DNA from: an uncultured Gammaproteobacteria bacterium
Lineage (GTDB): Bacteria; Patescibacteriota; Patescibacteriia; Magasanikbacterales; JBBTXJ01
DNA: 64,000 nucleotides
Direction: 5' to 3'
Assembly (NCBI GenBank): GCA_964610305.1
Contig: CAZSVL010000001.1
Span: 6,083-70,082, forward strand
In this document: positions 62,468 through 64,000 of the stretch, piece by piece
How the letters are laid out: each line of letters starts with the position of its first letter
Position numbering within the stretch: position 1 is the stretch's first letter
Notes under the pieces: model-generated
Told to the model about the DNA's origin: nothing
What the model saw: only the letters and a program-made list of their open reading frames with translations
The model's database searches: none
Program-made: the position numbers and the translations under genes

Positions 62468-63467
62468 CTCTCCAGTTTGGGTTTACTTTCATTTGTTTTG
62501 GATCCGTAAATTTCTTTTGTTCAAACATAAAGTAGCCGGCAACAGCAATCATCTCTGCGTTGTCTGTGGTTGCAGAGAGTGGGGGGAGTATTACGTTTGC
62601 GTCTGTGATTGTCGCCGAGAGTTGTTCCCTGAGTTGAGTATTAGCCGCCACACCCCCACCTAATAAGACGGTTTTTGGATTAAATTCTTCCACTGCTTTT
62701 TTTGTTTTGAGCACAAGTGTTTCTACTATTGCCTGCTGAAAACTGGCGCAAATATCAGCCACATTTTCTTTTCCGTTGTCTCTTACCCAATAGAGCGCGG
62801 CAGTTTTAAGTCCGGCAAATGAAAAATCGTAGGTATCTTTTGTGCTGAGCGGTCGCGGAAAGTCAATCGCTGCTGGGTTACCGCTCTGCGCCATTTCTGC
62901 TATTTTGGGTCCCCCCGGATACTCAAAGCCAAGCAGCTTTCCCACTTTATCAAAAGCCTCTCCCGCAGCATCGTCCCTTGTTCTTCCGATAAGTTGAAAA
63001 TTAAAGTGATCTTTGACTAAAATAAGCTCAGTGTGGCCGCCGGATACAATCAGACAGAGCGCAGGAAAAACAATTTTGTTACTTGTTGCTTGCTGCTTGT
63101 CACTTGCGCAAAGCCAATTTGCATAGATGTGGCCGGCTATGTGATTTACAGAAACAAAAGGGATATCCCACGCCATCGCTAGTGTAGCGCCAGCTTGAGC
63201 GCCCACCTGCAGGGCGGTAACAAGGCCAGGCCCTGTGGTGGCAGCAATCAGGTCTGGTTTGCTTCCATCAAGCACCTGTTCAATAAGTGGCATTATAACG
63301 CTGGCGTGCTCGCGCGCTGCTACTTCTGGTACCACACCGCCGTACTGCGCATGGATATCAATCTGGGAAGACCGCAGTGTTTTGAGCACTTTAAAAGAGC
63401 CATTTTTCGCTTCTAATAGCGCTACGGCGGTATCATCGCAGCTGGTTTCAATTCCTAGTATTGTCAT
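62442..63467 (-). CDS. tsaD: tRNA N6-adenosine threonylcarbamoyltransferase TsaD (Kae1/Gcp family)
   Basis: TILGIETSCDDTAVALL, metal-binding HxxGH-like AGHIYANW region, ASKHA fold. Confidence 0.85.
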   Translation of the reverse strand: MTILGIETSCDDTAVALLEAKNGSFKVLKTLRSSQIDIHAQYGGVVPEVAAREHASVIMPLIEQVLDGSKPDLIAATTGPGLVTALQVGAQAGATLAMAWDIPFVSVNHIAGHIYANWLCASDKQQATSNKIVFPALCLIVSGGHTELILVKDHFNFQLIGRTRDDAAGEAFDKVGKLLGFEYPGGPKIAEMAQSGNPAAIDFPRPLSTKDTYDFSFAGLKTAALYWVRDNGKENVADICASFQQAIVETLVLKTKKAVEEFNPKTVLLGGGVAANTQLREQLSATITDANVILPPLSATTDNAEMIAVAGYFMFEQKKFTDPKQMKVNPNWRVENTNGDE

Positions 63468-63598
63468 GAGAGGCCAGCATATCAATTTGACAAGTATATT
63501 TCAAGTATGTAATAGTCTGTGGAAGAAACCATTTGCCCTAAGAGCGCAATAGCGCTACCCTAGGGCTATAAGCGTATTTTTATTTAACTAGCTAAATT

Positions 63599-63844
63599 AT
63601 GCCAAACGCAGCATTGAGCAAACCGCTCACACTTTCAGCTGAACTGCAGGCCGTAGTAGGTGCTGGGCCAATGCCCCGCAGCGAGGTTATTAAGCAGCTC
63701 TGGGTTTACATCAAGGGAAACAACCTGCAGAATCCAGAGAACAAAAGAAACATTTTAGCTGACGATAAGCTAAAGGCCGTCTTTGGAAAAGACGAGGTGA
63801 CTATGTTTGAAATGGCTAAGCTGATTAGCCCACACTTGTCATAA
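63599..63844 (+). CDS. SWIB/MDM2-domain protein
   Basis: PRSEVIKQLWVYIKGNNLQNPENKRNILADDKLKAVFGKDEVTMFEMAKLISPHL matches the SWIB consensus. Confidence 0.7.
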   Translation: MPNAALSKPLTLSAELQAVVGAGPMPRSEVIKQLWVYIKGNNLQNPENKRNILADDKLKAVFGKDEVTMFEMAKLISPHLS

Positions 63845-63906
63845 TCACACTAGATTGCCCTCCAGACTCTGTCGCTGCGGCGCTAGAGTGTGGGGGGTTT
63901 TCTTTT

Positions 63907-64000
63907 ATGAAACCATTCTTAATACTACAATCTAGGCCTGAAGATGCTGCATCGGACAATGAGTTTGAGGCCTTTTTAAAGTACGGTGGACTACGTGAGT
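63907..64000 (+). CDS. 5' end of a gene running off the window (MKPFLILQSRPEDAASDNEFEAFLKYGGL...), glutamine-amidotransferase-class-I-like N-terminus
   Basis: ATG at 63907; only 31 codons visible. Confidence 0.3.
   Translation, partial: MKPFLILQSRPEDAASDNEFEAFLKYGGLRE

Noticed and set aside
1-64000. Alternative genetic code (UGA or UAG reassignment, as in some CPR lineages)
   Set aside because: - TGA terminates mraZ at normal length and overlaps the rsmH ATG.
- TAG terminates rsmH, ftsL, hsdM and others at their expected lengths.
- Only radC carries an internal TAG.
1-64000. tRNA, rRNA or CRISPR arrays
   Set aside because: - I found no cloverleaf-compatible segments with GTTCRANYC T-loop signatures.
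- I found no rRNA-like conserved strings.
- I found no regularly spaced direct repeats.
- The dispersed hairpin repeats are not spaced like a CRISPR array.

Overview
This 64-kb window reads as a gene-dense chromosomal segment from a small-genome bacterium. Intergenic spacers are short and many genes encode small hypothetical membrane proteins; only a remnant of the cell-division/cell-wall (dcw) cluster is present (mraZ-rsmH-ftsL-like ... mraY/wecA-family), and rplJ-rplL stand alone without rpoB. Together these suggest a CPR/Patescibacteria-like or similarly reduced lineage. That assignment is an inference and was not verified by search. By eye the GC content is mid-40s %. The standard genetic code applies: TGA, TAG and TAA all terminate well-conserved genes at their expected lengths.

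Housekeeping genes I can support:
- murJ
- a beta-CASP metallo-beta-lactamase (MBL) ribonuclease
- mraZ, rsmH
- a two-AAA+ Clp ATPase
- an MraY/WecA-family transferase
- rplU
- recR, ybaB and dnaB (one operon on the minus strand)
- a GT4 glycosyltransferase
- an SOS unit lexA-mazF-like-dinB
- cspA
- an LD-carboxypeptidase
- greA
- a NUDIX hydrolase
- recQ
- a CDP-alcohol phosphatidyltransferase
- a HIT protein
- rfbB
- an amino-acid-kinase-family protein and a CofD/YvcK-family protein
- rplJ-rplL with a leader
- a membrane GT2
- dnaE
- tsaD
- a SWIB-domain protein

Accessory content is concentrated in a roughly 10-kb defence island at about 23.4-33.2 kb. In order it holds:
- a two-HEPN protein (DUF4145-like);
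- a radC gene interrupted by an in-frame TAG;
- a toxin-antitoxin (TA) pair, an HTH antitoxin plus a Doc/Fic toxin, with a palindromic operator;
- a complete type I restriction-modification (R-M) system, hsdM, then an inserted AlbA_2/Schlafen-like gene, then hsdS and hsdR, with a PD-(D/E)XK nuclease carrying paired CxxC motifs immediately downstream.

The most unusual signal is a family of dispersed intergenic hairpin repeats with core GTCATCCCGG...CCGGGATCTC, present at eight or more loci:
- two near-identical copies of about 165-170 bp abut the stop codons of minus-strand genes;
- one pair of inverted copies brackets a small GIY-YIG nuclease gene, giving a MITE-like (miniature inverted-repeat transposable element) picture of a cargo-bearing element next to empty copies.

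No rRNA, tRNA or CRISPR array was found. Candidate noncoding RNAs are:
- a promoter-to-terminator small transcript near the window start;
- an SRP(4.5S)-like GNRA-capped hairpin between the HIT gene and rfbB;
- an rplJ leader;
- a long cspA 5' UTR.
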